DNA of 57,874 nt from positions 83,490,156 to 83,548,029 of the forward strand of contig NC_068988.1 of NCBI RefSeq assembly GCF_001194135.2, written 5' to 3'. The notes under the pieces were generated by a model. It did not search any database. It saw only the letters and a list, made by a program, of their open reading frames with translations, and was not told the origin of the DNA. The stretch's first letter is position 1. Every line of letters starts with the position of its first letter. The position numbers and the translations under genes were made by a program. Shown here piece after piece: positions 23,361 to 35,918 of this stretch. The DNA is from Octopus bimaculoides. Taxonomy: Eukaryota.

Positions 23361-24622
23361 GTCCTTGAGTGCAAGAATTGAGGTCAGATCTTCAGTCCAC
23401 AGATAACTTCCTCCCTTCCTTCTATTAGTCATAGAAGCACTGAAAAAGTAGGCCATGTATTATATTTCTTCTTCACAGGTGCTAAACTGTTTAACTATGT
23501 ATAGGCCTTACCTTATTCTAGTTATCTGAATAAATAGGCACCTCTCTTACTATAGTGGAACAAGCCTATTATCAAAAGTACCCCAGCTATGACCAGTGTA
23601 TCCTGGAATTTCTTCTCCAATGTATATTTTTTTGATGGTAAGATGTGTATGGCAAGTGAATTTGCTGTTATTTTCAGTCGGTCGAATGGACCCTTAGAAT
23701 ACCCTCAGCTGCCACCAAGCTGTAGATCATTCTCATTCAAGCTTCAATGGTTGGTATTAAGGTTTTATGATGAAAAAAGGACTTTTGTGAAGAATTCATC
23801 TCTTCATCATTTTAATGATCACTTACCTATGCTTGCATAAGTCTGATGAAATTCATTGGAGCAAATATTTCTATGACTGGATGCTCCTGACACTAACTCT
23901 AACCTGTTTCCAAGCAAGCTAATATTTCCCTGTGGTCAAACATGTTTTCAGGGAAAATTGGAAATGAATGACACTGCTTCTATAACTGAAAAATCATTTA
24001 CAATTATTGCATGATGTCAGGACAAGAAGACACAAACATACACACACATACATAGCCAATTACCACCTACAACCTATCTGAGCCATTCCTATTTCTTTCT
24101 CCTTCCTCCCTAAAACCATTCACTACATTACCCTCTATTTTTATCTGTAGCCATTTGCTATTCTTCTCTCACATCCTTATGAACATACTCACCCACCCTT
24201 CCTAATTCTTTGCATTCTCACCATCTTGTACCTTGAAAGTATGCCCTAACACCTCGTCATCACTGTCTTTATCTCTCAGCTAATTCCAACTACCCTATAT
24301 AATGTGAGGTAACCATGTATCTCCTCTACAGTATGAAACCTGTTCCTACCCCTCCTTTCATACTTCAACCTTTTAACATCTGACATAAAACCACTTCCAC
24401 TCACTTGAAGGGAGCTTGTCTTGCTTGAGTGTACATTCTGTAAAGTGGCTAATGTTAAGGGTGTCTACTCACACAGCTTTGGTCAGCTTGGGACTGTAGT
24501 AAAAAAACACTTTCCTAAGGTGTTCCATATCATGTATGTATATATTATATGGATGTGTGTATTATTAGTTAATATATTGAATTAATCTTATGTTCAATAG
24601 TTTTTTTTGCATGTTTTATTAG

Positions 24623-24710
24623 GTGATGTTGACAAAGAACTTGGATCTCCAACGAGGTCTTGTGAATGGTGCAAGAGGTGTAGTGTGTAGCTTTGATAAA
24701 GGAAATGAAG
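24623..24710 (+). CDS. PIF1: PIF1 coding exon (VMLTKNLDLQRGLVNGARGVVCSFDKGNE-G)
   Basis: ATTAG| acceptor, AAG|GTAACT donor, GLVNGARGVV signature. Confidence 0.95.
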
Positions 24711-25598
24711 GTAACTATTTGAATATCACTCTGATAGGTTTGATTCTTTGCCCATTAGGGATTTGGTCACAAAATGAAGATTTAAGAAGCACTTCCAGTT
24801 GTAAAAACAACTGCTTCAACTAGAGTGAAAGTATTTTGCTCAATCCAGTTGAGAAACGTGATACAGAGCAACTGGAATAAATTGGAAGACCAGATTCTTT
24901 ATTGCAGAACATGCAAAAGTGCAGCAGTTAGAGTTTCATAATTTGAAAGGATGGTTTTTAATCCAAAGGCCTGAAGATCACATTGAAAAGACTGAAATAC
25001 TAATATTTCATCTTTTCATTCATTTTTATGTCCTGTGTCTGTTTTCTGTGTCTGCTATCAAGGATCAGATGAATATATTGTTGAAGTAGTGTTTTACAGC
25101 TGGATGCCCTTCTGGTCACTAACCTTTACCTGTTTTTCAAATAGGGAATCTCTTATTCCACAGATTTCCAAAGGTACAAAGCCTGCAGACGATATGTTTG
25201 ACAGGAAATGACAACAATGTCACCACTTGTAGCTCAGAAGTGTAAATGTAAACCGACACATACACACACACACACACATGTATGTATATGCAAAGAACTT
25301 CTTTCTATGTTGGTCTGGGGCTATAGTAGAAGACACTTGCCCAAGGTACGATACAGTAGCCTTGGAAGTGAACTTAACTATACAGCTATATCTGAAGCTA
25401 AAGAGCACAAATTCCCATTATCATGCAAGATTTTAATAAATACTGAGTACTTGTTACCTGCAAGGTGATCACAAAATATTTAATGTAAGATCCTTGCTAG
25501 AGGAAGGTGTCCTAGTTAATAATGGAGGTGGTTGTAGTATAATTATTACCCTTTTCAGCACTTGTCTTTCTCTCATGATTTCTTTCCATATTCCACAG

Positions 25599-25741
25599 GA
25601 TGGCCCCATGTAAAATTCCTGTCTGGAACAGTGGAATGTGTCAGACCATTACGATGGGTTATCAAGTCCAGTTCAATAGTGACTGTATGGAAGCAACTAC
25701 CTCTAAAACTAGCCTGGGCTATTTCTATACATAAAAGTCAG
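25599..25741 (+). CDS. PIF1: PIF1 coding exon (WPHVKF...QLPLKLAWAISIHKSQ; motif V)
   Basis: CACAG| acceptor, CAG|GT donor, QLPLKLAWAISIHKSQ. Confidence 0.95.
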
Positions 25742-27212
25742 GTTTGTAACTTCTATTTTTTGCTTATACTCTTTTTCTTTTCTCCACATATTTTCCATTA
25801 TTATATTATGAGTGGTGCAAGTTTGGTTTCAAAATTTTGTTCTTGTAGCTGGGATTTGTTCTTATTACCCTTCTTGATAATCCCTCAGGTATGAAGTTGT
25901 CAAACCTGATTTTTATCAGCCAGTAATACTAGAACCAAAGTTTCATACCTTGCTGTATAGTTTTTTTTTCCTTGTTTTTTTTTTTTTTTATAGCTTAATC
26001 AGAAAGTGGGCAGTCCCTCTAATCCTTAAGGGTTTCTGAGGCTAGTGTCAGGGACAAAGAGGAAGGTAACCTCAAACCAGTGGCCTGGCCTATATTCTTT
26101 TGCTTGCAACAGAATTTTTATTTAACCTCTTTTCTTATATTTATTGCATTTGTTTCAATCATTTTTGAAAATAATGATGAATTTCGTAAAATAACTTTTT
26201 CATTATTGAGTTGATCTTTATAGAATATATTAACATGAGAGTTTGATAGATTTTAATTTAGATCACTTAAAAAAAAGCAAGTTTTTATTATAGAACCAGA
26301 GAGTCTTGGGTAGGTTGGTGTCAAAAGAGTTAACTTTTAGGGATCTAAATAGTCACTCTATACACACATACACATAAATATTGTCCTGCTTCCTCAAAAC
26401 ATATCTGGTCCCTGAATGCCTTTAGTGTGGGATCCACTCAAGAACCAGGTGGTCAAATAGTGGTGTTAAATCAACCACCCAATATAGGCCACAATGAGAT
26501 TTGAACTTGGACTAAATACCCCAAGGCATCCCATTTAACACTAATAATTCCTCTTGCTCACCACTGTAACCTAGTAAGTTATTTATCAACTCAGAGAAAA
26601 ATCAAAGACCTCATCAGGATTCGAAATCATAACAGAAGTTGAAATACTCCAATGCCCTAACAACTCTGCCAATTTGTCAAATGTGAACTCGTGTCCAAAT
26701 TGTACAATGAACCACCAAAAGTGAATCTGAAGAGTTGATAGTTCAATACCAATCATCAACGGCGTTGTTTCACTTTGTTGATTATCTGTTAAATGAAGGA
26801 GAAATATTTCTAGATATGAACATCAGCTATGGGCAAAATAAGGAGTCCCTGATGAACTAACAGCCTGACCCACAGTGTATATACTCCTATTCAAATATAT
26901 ATCTCAGAAAAGTGCACAGATATTTGTAGTAAAAGGCAGCTCTGATAAGAGCATTTGGCAACTACTATTGAGCAAGAAAAGCCTTCAAGTCCTTGGCTCC
27001 CAAGGAAAGCATCAAACCTGTTGACTATGGGAGCCCTTTATGCAGTTGCTCAATCTACTAGAAATAACCAAAATTTCTCAAATCATCCTCACACCCTACT
27101 GTGTTAAGATTAGCTATTTTAGTTCTACAATAACTAATGTTAAAACAGTAGGCTCTTCACATTCTAGATTCAAATCTTGCTGAAGTTAGCTTTGCTTTTC
27201 ATTTCTCTATCA

Positions 27213-27770
27213 ACATCATCAACATTTAATGTGTTTTCCATGCTGGCATGTGTTGGACAGCTTGACAGGAATTGGCAAGGCTGGGGGTCACACTAGGTTT
27301 TATGGTCTGTTTAGGCTTGGTTTTTACAGTTGGATGCCCTTCCTAATACCAATCATTTTACAGAGCATACCAAGTGCTTTTTATATGGCACTAGCACACA
27401 CACCAAAGCCTTTTACATGGCAGCTTGGTTTTAGGATATCAATTTTGTTGTGATGGGCAGGTTTTCTTTTGTACAGTAATGTGTCACATATGTTGGTCCT
27501 CTGTCTTCTTCATAAGACTCAGCATTTTGAGATTGGCTTTCAATACTTCATCTGATGCCTTCCGAGGTCTCTAAGTGATCAGCAATTTATGCAAATGTCC
27601 TCACCCGTTCGCATTATGTGAGCACACTGCATATAATTTCTCTTATACCCAACTTCTCTCTCAATACACCAGGACTGTCACACATGCATGTCCAGCAGAG
27701 CATACCAGCTTTGTTCCTCTGCAGCCTTCACTTCATTCAAAGCCTACATCTCACTGGCCATAAAATAAAG
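27213..27770 (-). mobile_element. RTE-type LINE 3' fragment with (GAT)n tail
   Basis: Degenerate RLQRNKAGMLCW...LREKLGIREI and DEVLKANLK, continuing into the (GAT)n-tailed 3' UTR shared with many short copies. Confidence 0.7.
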
Positions 27771-27864
27771 AACCAGTCAAGTACTGTTGTCTGTATCAAT
27801 TTAACCCTGCCCCTCAAAGATACTGGCCTTATACCTTAATTAGAAACCATTATTATTATTATTT

Positions 27865-28075
27865 AGGCAGTGAGCTAGCAAGATTAACACACTGGGCAAA
27901 ATGCTTAGCAGCATTTTGTATCCTTATGTTCTAAGTTCAAATTCTGCCCAGGTCGACTTTACCTTTCATCCTTTTGGGATCAATAAAATAAGTATCAATT
28001 AATCACCAGGGGTTGATGTAATCAACTATTCCCCTACCCCGAAATTGCTGGCCTTGCACCAAAATTTGAAACAAT
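27865..28075 (+). mobile_element. tRNA-derived SINE family C copy, just upstream of the last PIF1 exon
   Basis: AGGCAGTGAGCTAGCAAG...AGTTCAAATTC...GTCGACTTT.CCTTTCATCC; related copies at ~10125, ~14930, ~52515 and ~52715. Confidence 0.8.
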
Positions 28076-28104
28076 CATTATAACCATAATCTTTTTTCTT
28101 TCAG

Positions 28105-28320
28105 GGTATGACACTTGATTTTGTGGAAATTTCTTTGTCGCGGGTCTTTGAAGCTGGTCAAGCATACGTTGCCCTGTCTCGAGCTAAATCATTGAAAGGT
28201 TTACGAGTTCTTGACTTTGATCATTCATGTGTTCGTGCTGATCCTGATGTTTTAAATTTTTACAACCGTTTAAAGATCAGCCACCCAACTGAACAAATGT
28301 CTTCAGACAATTTCAGTTAG
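28105..28320 (+). CDS. PIF1: PIF1 last coding exon (GMTLD...[10 protein letters not shown]...; motif VI) to stop
   Basis: TTTCAG| acceptor, [10 protein letters not shown] motif VI, TAG 28318-28320. Confidence 0.95.
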   Translation, partial: GMTLDFVEISLSRVFEAGQAYVALSRAKSLKGLRVLDFDHSCVRADPDVLNFYNRLKISHPTEQMSSDNFS

Positions 28321-28584
28321 GAAACATTTCAATTAATTTAAACTCACTCAGGAAAACTATTTAATTAATCAAAAATTCGTTTAAACATTTTTAATTCTTT
28401 CTTTTTCTGAAGTGGCTGTGGTTTAACACAAACTCTACAGATGTTTCATTTCTAAATTATGCATCCTGGCTATTTACTACCATCATCACCACAGATAGAG
28501 ACAATACTGAGTGACACATTGTCAGTAAGTGTATTGACTGAAAAGTTACATCATTATAGTCTAACTCTTCTATAGGAAATGGCC

Positions 28585-28590
28585 AATAAA
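28585..28590 (+). terminator. Candidate PIF1 polyadenylation signal
   Basis: First AATAAA about 265 nt after the stop; others occur further downstream. Confidence 0.35.
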
Positions 28591-31560
28591 CTGTACTTTT
28601 AGCAGAAGTATAGTTGTCCAAAGATGGCTATGTGGTTTGAGGTTCATTTTCACCTTAGACAAGTGTCTTCTATAGTGTCAAGAAGGCATGAATTAACATC
28701 ACTACCTGACCTTTAGTAGTTCCCTCTGTTGCAAGCACTCAAGCCCAGTGTCCAACTTTATCACTGCCTTGCATCATTGTCGCAGGAAACTTAAAACTAC
28801 AACACTGAGTATGTGTATAACTGAAAGAATTTATATTTATTCACGGAACCCATGGTAAACCTATTGGGTTATTTCTGAAAACTTTATATATATATATAAA
28901 GAAAAACCTGAACGAGTAGCCTGTATTATATCTGTATGGAAAGATAGTTGCTCATCTATTCCTTGAAAAGTGAAAGGAATTAGAATATGAGGATTACTTA
29001 ATGCACAATTTAATATAGAGCACTCATAAAATAAATATTCACTCTTATGTTTCCATTTCCCCTATAAACAAATAAGAAAAAAATCCTGTGTAAATAGGTG
29101 AATATTTCATGGAATTGCACTTATGCACACGTGTTAGGTTATATAAAAAATTTCACTATCCAATCACTCTCTACCTTTCTTTAACCTCACCCCTCTGCTA
29201 GAATTATATTTAACTCCAACTTTTTTTAACCACGTAAAATACATTCCCTCTACCTCACATCATATGAAAGCGTTACAACAGGCTATATAATGCAATGACA
29301 AGCAAAATTAAGATTTTTGAATTAGTCGATTTGAGAGGAAACAAATACTGACTGCCAAGTGTTAGGTTTGCACATGCCCTTGTATCTAGATGATTTACTG
29401 TTAGGGTACTCACCTAATGATAGTGTCATGGGCTCATTTCCTGAACTGGTGACATTATTGAGAATGGCGCTTTCAAATTATTCCCAGCCAAATTTTGTAG
29501 AAACTTACCCCACTCCTTGATGTACTACTGGATCAAAGAGCAGAAGAGTCAAGGAGAGGGGTATCTGTTCACAACTACAGAGGCTACCAAGCCATACTAA
29601 TTTAGGTAATGGCTCTTTGAGATTATTCAGTTGTGTCCGTGTATATAAGGATTCCTTATATAGATGTCACAAGTGTGATCTGTGAATTGAAGTCCACTGT
29701 GGGCATAACTTGCCAACAACTTGATACCACCTGTATATATAATAAATCAATTTTTATATCAGATTTTGTTTTTATCTTTGGTCAGTGCCATTTCCTTCTG
29801 TCTATAAATCAAAAGGAATGAGTATTCCCTTCAAACTTTGATTTTGTGACCTGAACATCAATTACATATCTTCCGTTACCTTTCAGCACAGAGTTGCTGA
29901 AGCAGAAATATAGCAATATCCTACTTAGTACCTCAGATTTGCTGGACTTTAAGAAGTCCTTTAGTAGATATGTTCATCCCTGATGAGTAGTGGGGGAGTA
30001 ACATTAGCCATTTTTCATACTTTCCAGTGGTAAGCAAATAAAAATAATAGTTGCTACAAGGACAGAAACTGTTAGTGTAATGCAATAAATAGAAAAAAAT
30101 TACTATGAACATAGTATAGAATTAGCTGATGGAAAAAAAAAAGTCCGGGTTGAATCAGCTTGCCCTGGGGCTAAATGACAGATTCATGGAATAACAATTT
30201 ACTAAATAATGCAAGTTTTGTGTCTGTTCCAAGTACAAATCTATAATCACTCGGATGTGTAAGACCCAAGAGAGGAGGATTTCAGATCAAACCAATGGAG
30301 TCTGTACATGATTATTCTTGCTTGAAATACCAAAGTCTCAAATCCAGCAGATGAATGCTGACTTGGCAAAGGTTTTTGGAAAGGAGGAAGCAGATGTATT
30401 TGGAACTAGACACAGAATAACTAAGCATTATATTCTAAAGATAGCAATTACAACTGTAATATCTGCCCCAAGACAAAAAAGTATTGAACACTGGGCTTTT
30501 AAAATTGTTCACTATCTGATTTTAAACATAAGCCCTGAAACTGCTATGGATCAAGTTTGTGTAACATGCATGCTGTTTATACAAGACAATGGATCAACGA
30601 GGGCTATGTCATTAATAAATATGCTTTCACAAATTGGAATCAATTATTTTCCCTCTAATCAATAAAAAAAAATCAATCATACTGGACTGAAAATATACAG
30701 CTTTTGACCTTAACCCATCCTTTCATGCTATGATTATACCAGAGATACCTGCTTCAGAGTTCGTTGAAAGACTAAAACTGGAAATTTCAACTTGAAAGTG
30801 AAGTCTGAATTTTTCACATTTTATGGATAAACTATCACAGAAAACTAATGTATTGATATCTTTGAAACCTGTTGGAATGGTTATCTGAAATTTTATACTT
30901 ATTGCCACTATTTAGACATATCCTATATTTTTTTTTAACCTAGACAATCTCAAGTGTGTATACACCCCGCTGTTTCCACATTGTGATCAAATGAAACAGT
31001 TATGAGGACCATCCTTCCGTATACACCTCACAAACATGCAAAAGTACTCAATACATGTGTATATTCTTTGCTATCTGAATGGTTACATAGAAGCAAGAAA
31101 CTAAGTAATGAATAGATTCAATAAATCTTTTAGATCTAATAGATTTGCATGTAAGTCTTCAGAACTATCCATTTGGTAATTCTTTCTCACCATTGCACAC
31201 CCAAAAGTATGCATACATGAGTGTCTTAATCGGTTTCCTAGCTCCATCCCATTTACTCCCAACAACCAATATTATAATGCAGGACATGCCACAAATCTCT
31301 TTTGGTACCATATTTTTAACCCCTCAATACCTTCTATAAAGCAGCTTCCCTCTAGTCTTGCCAGTTACAAGATCTCACCTGTATTGGTTGCCATGAAGAA
31401 AAAAAAGAAAAAACACCCACTGAGCAGTAGAGTATAGGCATCTAAGTACAAAAATGTTCATATGTCCATGTATGAACGTGTTCATACATATATGTGTATA
31501 TATATTACATTCAGTTAAATTAAAACAAAGAGCAAATAAATTCAGAGATATTTTTTCAAT

Positions 31561-31566
31561 TTTATT
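31561..31566 (-). terminator. Candidate peroxiredoxin polyadenylation signal
   Basis: AATAAA on - strand about 360 nt after the stop, followed by T-rich sequence. Confidence 0.45.
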
Positions 31567-31924
31567 TTTAATGCAAATTGCATACAAAATAGATATGACC
31601 ATTTCTAACAAAGGTGAGAGGGTGGAACATGTTCGATGAAACCAGCAGTAAACTGCCAAGTGCATGTATGTGACAAATTGGATTGTCTACTAAAGGAGGT
31701 ATAAGTGAACATTTGCCTGGAAACAAAAATAGAGAAAATATATTAACGTCATATTTGGGATCCATTAATATTTAAATATTTTCATGATTTTCTGCTTGTA
31801 AATTTCAAAACACTACCCAGCCAAAGTAAGTAATATTTGAAACGACCTCAAACCCCAACTGCAAATCACAGGGGTTAAAGTAGATGTCTGGGTGGGAGAC
31901 AAAGAGCCAAGAGAAGTTCTTTGT

Positions 31925-32007
31925 TCACATTTGCTTGAAGTATTCCTTGCTGCCTTTAGGGTCAGGTTTCATGGTGTTACTTCCAGGCTTCCACCCAACT
32001 GGACACA
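31925..32007 (-). CDS. PRDX1: Peroxiredoxin terminal exon ([27 protein letters not shown]; resolving Cys, YF motif)
   Basis: CTTTCAG| acceptor, phase 1, TGA at 31927-31925. Confidence 0.97.
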
Positions 32008-32134
32008 CTGAAAGAGAAAAAGACTTTATAATGACAAGGAACCAAATACGATGGCACTGAAGAACCATATGATAGAAAAGCAAAGATTTCAATGCACCCA
32101 CATCACCTCTGAAACATTAATGAAACTTTAATTT

Positions 32135-32457
32135 GTCATTTGACTGCAGCCATACTGGAGCACTGCGTTTTAGTTGAAGAAATTGACCTCAGGACTTCTT
32201 TGTAAGCCCAGTACTTATATCAGTCTCTTGCCAAACCACTATGTTACATAGATGTAAACACACCAACAGCATTTGTCAAGCAATGGTGAGGGGATAAAAA
32301 CATACATACACACACACACACACGACAGGCTTTCAGTTTCCGTCTATCAAATCCACTCAAGGCTACAGAAGGTATTTGCTAAAAGGTGCCAGACAGTGTG
32401 ACTGAACCCAGAACCATGTGGTTGGGAAGCAAGCTACTTAACATACAGTCATGCTTG
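32135..32457 (-). mobile_element. SINE family A copy
   Basis: Reverse complement match. Further partial copies at about 1365, 2420, 4095, 5570, 9800, 10865, 12235, 24470, 25290, 41680, 42860, 52025, 52258, 54660, 55330 and 55545. Confidence 0.8.
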
Positions 32458-32619
32458 CATTGTAAAATTATAAAAAACATGCTAATGTTTAATTTAGAAT
32501 AAGGAAGACTTCACCTTCTCTTGTAATCATGGTTCTGACCTCAATTTTGGTACTTGCCTAGGTCTTACGAAAATTTTTAAAATACAAGTATAGGTTAATG
32601 TAATTTAGGGAGTAAAAAA

Positions 32620-33420
32620 ATTGAAATTACACTTGTAAATTAGGTAGACAGACAATTTGTAGACAGAGTTGTCTGACATAACTTATAGACAAGACAATTG
32701 AGAGATTGGACAATTTGCCAAAAAGACAGTGTCATTTTTTAAAACCAAAGTAAACATTACGAAAAATTATTAGACTTACAAATAAAAACTATAAAAAGAT
32801 ATTACGTACAATAGGTTGACATTAAAAAAGCACAAAGTTTTGTCAGTTTTACAAATAGAAATAAAGATATCACATACAATTCCTAAATTTTTCACAGTAC
32901 CAAATATAGAAACCTCATTTCTATACAGTAAAAAATTATCACCTCTGGGTGTTTTATACAATTCATCCTCATTAATAACTGGTCTTTTCTGTTACACTGT
33001 ACTTTAAGAGATTCCATTTTCAGTAAACATCCAGCAACACTCTAGAGGATATTGGAAGCTAGAGTTTCAACTATAGAGCTTGGCAATTGTTCAGCTCATC
33101 CAGCAAGAAGCTTTATTTCTTAACTTTTGCAGTGTGATTTTCAATTGGCTAGGATGTACGTGTTCAGAAGGAGTCGTGCTAATTTCAATTGCTGTCAGTC
33201 TAGCACTGCACAGTTTACAATTTGCACATCTCCAATAAGTCTTTTCTAGTTCTATCAATAATATAGGTGTACCCTTTGTATAGAAGCTTTCTGCCACCTT
33301 GTTCTATTTTGATGAACTCCATGATCGATACTTCTGCATGTCAACTTATTGTCCAGTTGGCAAACTGTCTGCACATGATCAATTAGAAGCCATTAGCATT
33401 ATCAACAATTCCAGTTTAGG
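32620..33420 (-). mobile_element. Mutator-like (MULE) remnant with FLYWCH zinc-finger
   Basis: ATG 33322: MEFIKIEQGGRKLLYKGYTYIIDRT /frameshift/ KTYWRCANCKLCSARL...SEHVHP; then KTPRGDNFLLY...IFGTVKNL; GACAA/GACAG motif arrays in opposite orientation at both ends. Confidence 0.7.
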
Positions 33421-33803
33421 AAAGTAAGGAAGAGAACTTAAAATTAGAAAATAAATGGAAACCTAGTAGGAGAAGTGACAGTTATAGTGGGAACTCTGGA
33501 CATGTTTGAGACTTTTCAATCAAATCAAGTCTAATCAGACTTTAGGAAAAGTTATTAGAAAAACTTGGCATTTATATGTAAAACTGTTTGGCTGAGGTTT
33601 AAGACAAACATGTCTGGGAAAAGTATATTGTATTGAATTCAATTATTATACAGTGACTATTTTAAAAACTGTCAAAATAAAACATTGATAGTTTAGGATT
33701 CAGGTTTATTAAACAGACTCAAACTTATCCCATTCTTCATTAAATTTTCAGCTTTCTGCTAAAACACACAATCCTACTTATATATAAGCTTCACAAGAGA
33801 TGA
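33325..33803. repeat. Copy 1 of a near-identical ~480-bp local duplication
   Basis: Matches 35406-35509 and 35757-35918 almost base for base. Confidence 0.95.
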
Positions 33804-34870
33804 CAAAGAACTAGAACAATTGGCAATTTGCTGTGCTTGAGAAAACCTGCCTAAGTAAATTCCAGGACATAAAGGCACACCCTTTATTTCCATGCCTACC
33901 TGCTTCCATGCTCACCACTGCTGCATTTCCCTCCATTCTCCTTCCAACCTGCACACAGTGTCCCTTTTGAATCTTCCCCCTCCCCCTCTCTACCCCCATA
34001 CTCCTCTGAATTGCATCCATTTGACACTGTTCAAACCTACCTCTCAACACCTTCCCGCAGTCCAACCCAAATATCTGCTCAACTAGAGAAGATCTGTAAA
34101 GGAAATGGGCAGTCTTGTCCTTTCTAAAACTTAGGAATACAAAGTTTACAGGAAAAAAACCGTGCATTGTACAGAAATGAAAGTGAACACGATAATCAAA
34201 CTACAATATTTAAAAGATGAAACCTGCATCAAGAATAGTGACTGGTAAAAGGTTGAGTGGGTGTGATGAGGCTTCCATTTTAAGGATAACCATTGGCTTT
34301 TATCTAATATTCACCTTGAGGCTGATTTAAAATAGAATTCGTCTTACACAAGTATAATTATACAGGAATACAAAATTGGCACTCATGATCTATGAAAAAG
34401 GAATTAGTAATAATGAAATATTGAACCAAACACTTAAAACAAGAACAGCTGTTTTTTATGCATGGTGGGTCTGCTAAACTAAATCACAAAAGGTTGAAAA
34501 TAATTTACCCATTAAGGATCAGGTTTACAATGAAACTACAGATTAACAGAAAAATAGTAATTTAAGCTTAATGCTGCTAAGAAACGAAAGACTAATTACC
34601 CAAAGAAAAATACTAACCACACTATAAATATATTAAATGGCCATTGTTGCTATATTATTGCTGTTAGCACACAGCAACAGTATCTATGGTATACCACAGT
34701 TATCACAGTTTAATATATATGCCACAAAGAAATGAAATCAAAATATATCCTGCGTTTTGATAATACCATATGACTTCTAATTCATAGGAACTGTGTCAGA
34801 GTGAAATGTCTAGTATCTTGCAGTGCAATCAGCGAGGGAAGTGTTTGTAGGCAAATACAAAGCAGCTTAC

Positions 34871-35024
34871 ATATTACAAGCACCACCAAATGTGACTAAA
34901 ACACGAAGTGCAAATATGGGAGAGAAAGCAGTTTCAAAGCCATCATTGCCCACAGAAGAGGATGGATAGTCATGGGCTGGACAAGCATTCAGACGTACAT
35001 GAGGCTTTTCTCCCCATCCTCTTC
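34871..35024 (-). CDS. Candidate alternative peroxiredoxin exon (GRGWGEKPHVRLNACPAHDYP...VTFGGACN)
   Basis: Acceptor TTTTTTTAACCTTGCAG, donor AT|GTAAGC, only the phase-1 frame is open, matching exon 4; no transcript evidence available. Confidence 0.55.
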
Positions 35025-35405
35025 CTGCAAGGTTAAAAAAAGTAAATCTAGTTATTTTTTTTTTTTAATTAAAAGTTGAAAATATTTCATTAAGAGTACT
35101 ATTTTAAAATAAGGTACCTTGGAGATTTCTAAGTACAGTTTACACTACATAAAGTCAGGTTTGATGATTCTAAATAAATATTGCAAAGCACAAAGTAAAA
35201 GATAGCAACTAACAAGCAGTTTAATTAGCCAGCAAATATTTTAAGTTAATTAACTTGACAATGTGCTCATTGTTTTCTATTAAAAGCAAACATTTATTAA
35301 TTCTAATAATATTTAGGAACTACATAACAAAATTAGACATTGCTTTTTCATTTCCACATAACAAAACAACTAAACAGTTGACAACCTCACAAAACTGCAA
35401 AAATT

Positions 35406-35918
35406 TCGATACTTCTGCATGTCAACTTATTGTCCAGTTGGCAAACTGTCTGCACATGATCAATTAGAAGCCATTAGCATTATCAACAATTCCAGTTTAG
35501 GAAAGTAAGNNNNNNNNNNNNNNNNNNNNNNNNNNNNNNNNNNNNNNNNNNNNNNNNNNNNNNNNNNNNNNNNNNNNNNNNNNNNNNNNNNNNNNNNNNN
35601 NNNNNNNNNNNNNNNNNNNNNNNNNNNNNNNNNNNNNNNNNNNNNNNNNNNNNNNNNNNNNNNNNNNNNNNNNNNNNNNNNNNNNNNNNNNNNNNNNNNN
35701 NNNNNNNNNNNNNNNNNNNNNNNNNNNNNNNNNNNNNNNNNNNNNNNNNNNNNNNNATTATTATACAGTGACTATTTTAAAAACTGTCAAAATAAAACAT
35801 TGATAGTTTAGGATTCAGGTTTATTAAACAGACTCAAACTTATCCCATTCTTCATTAAATTTTCAGCTTTCTGCTAAAACACACATACCTACTTATATAT
35901 AAGCTTCACAAGAGATGA
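35406..35918. repeat. Copy 2 of the ~480-bp duplication (middle is an N gap)
   Basis: Both gap flanks match 33325-33428 and 33642-33803. Confidence 0.9.
35510..35756. other. Assembly gap (247 N)
   Basis: Run of N. Confidence 1.

Noticed and set aside
30318-30665. 115-codon ORF between the two convergent genes
   Set aside because: Non-ATG start, no recognisable domain, no clear splice context; length is attainable by chance.
35025-35045. TTTTTTAAC before the candidate exon as a U12 branch site
   Set aside because: Does not match TTCCTTAAC well, is too close to the AG, and the upstream donor GTAAGA is U2-type.
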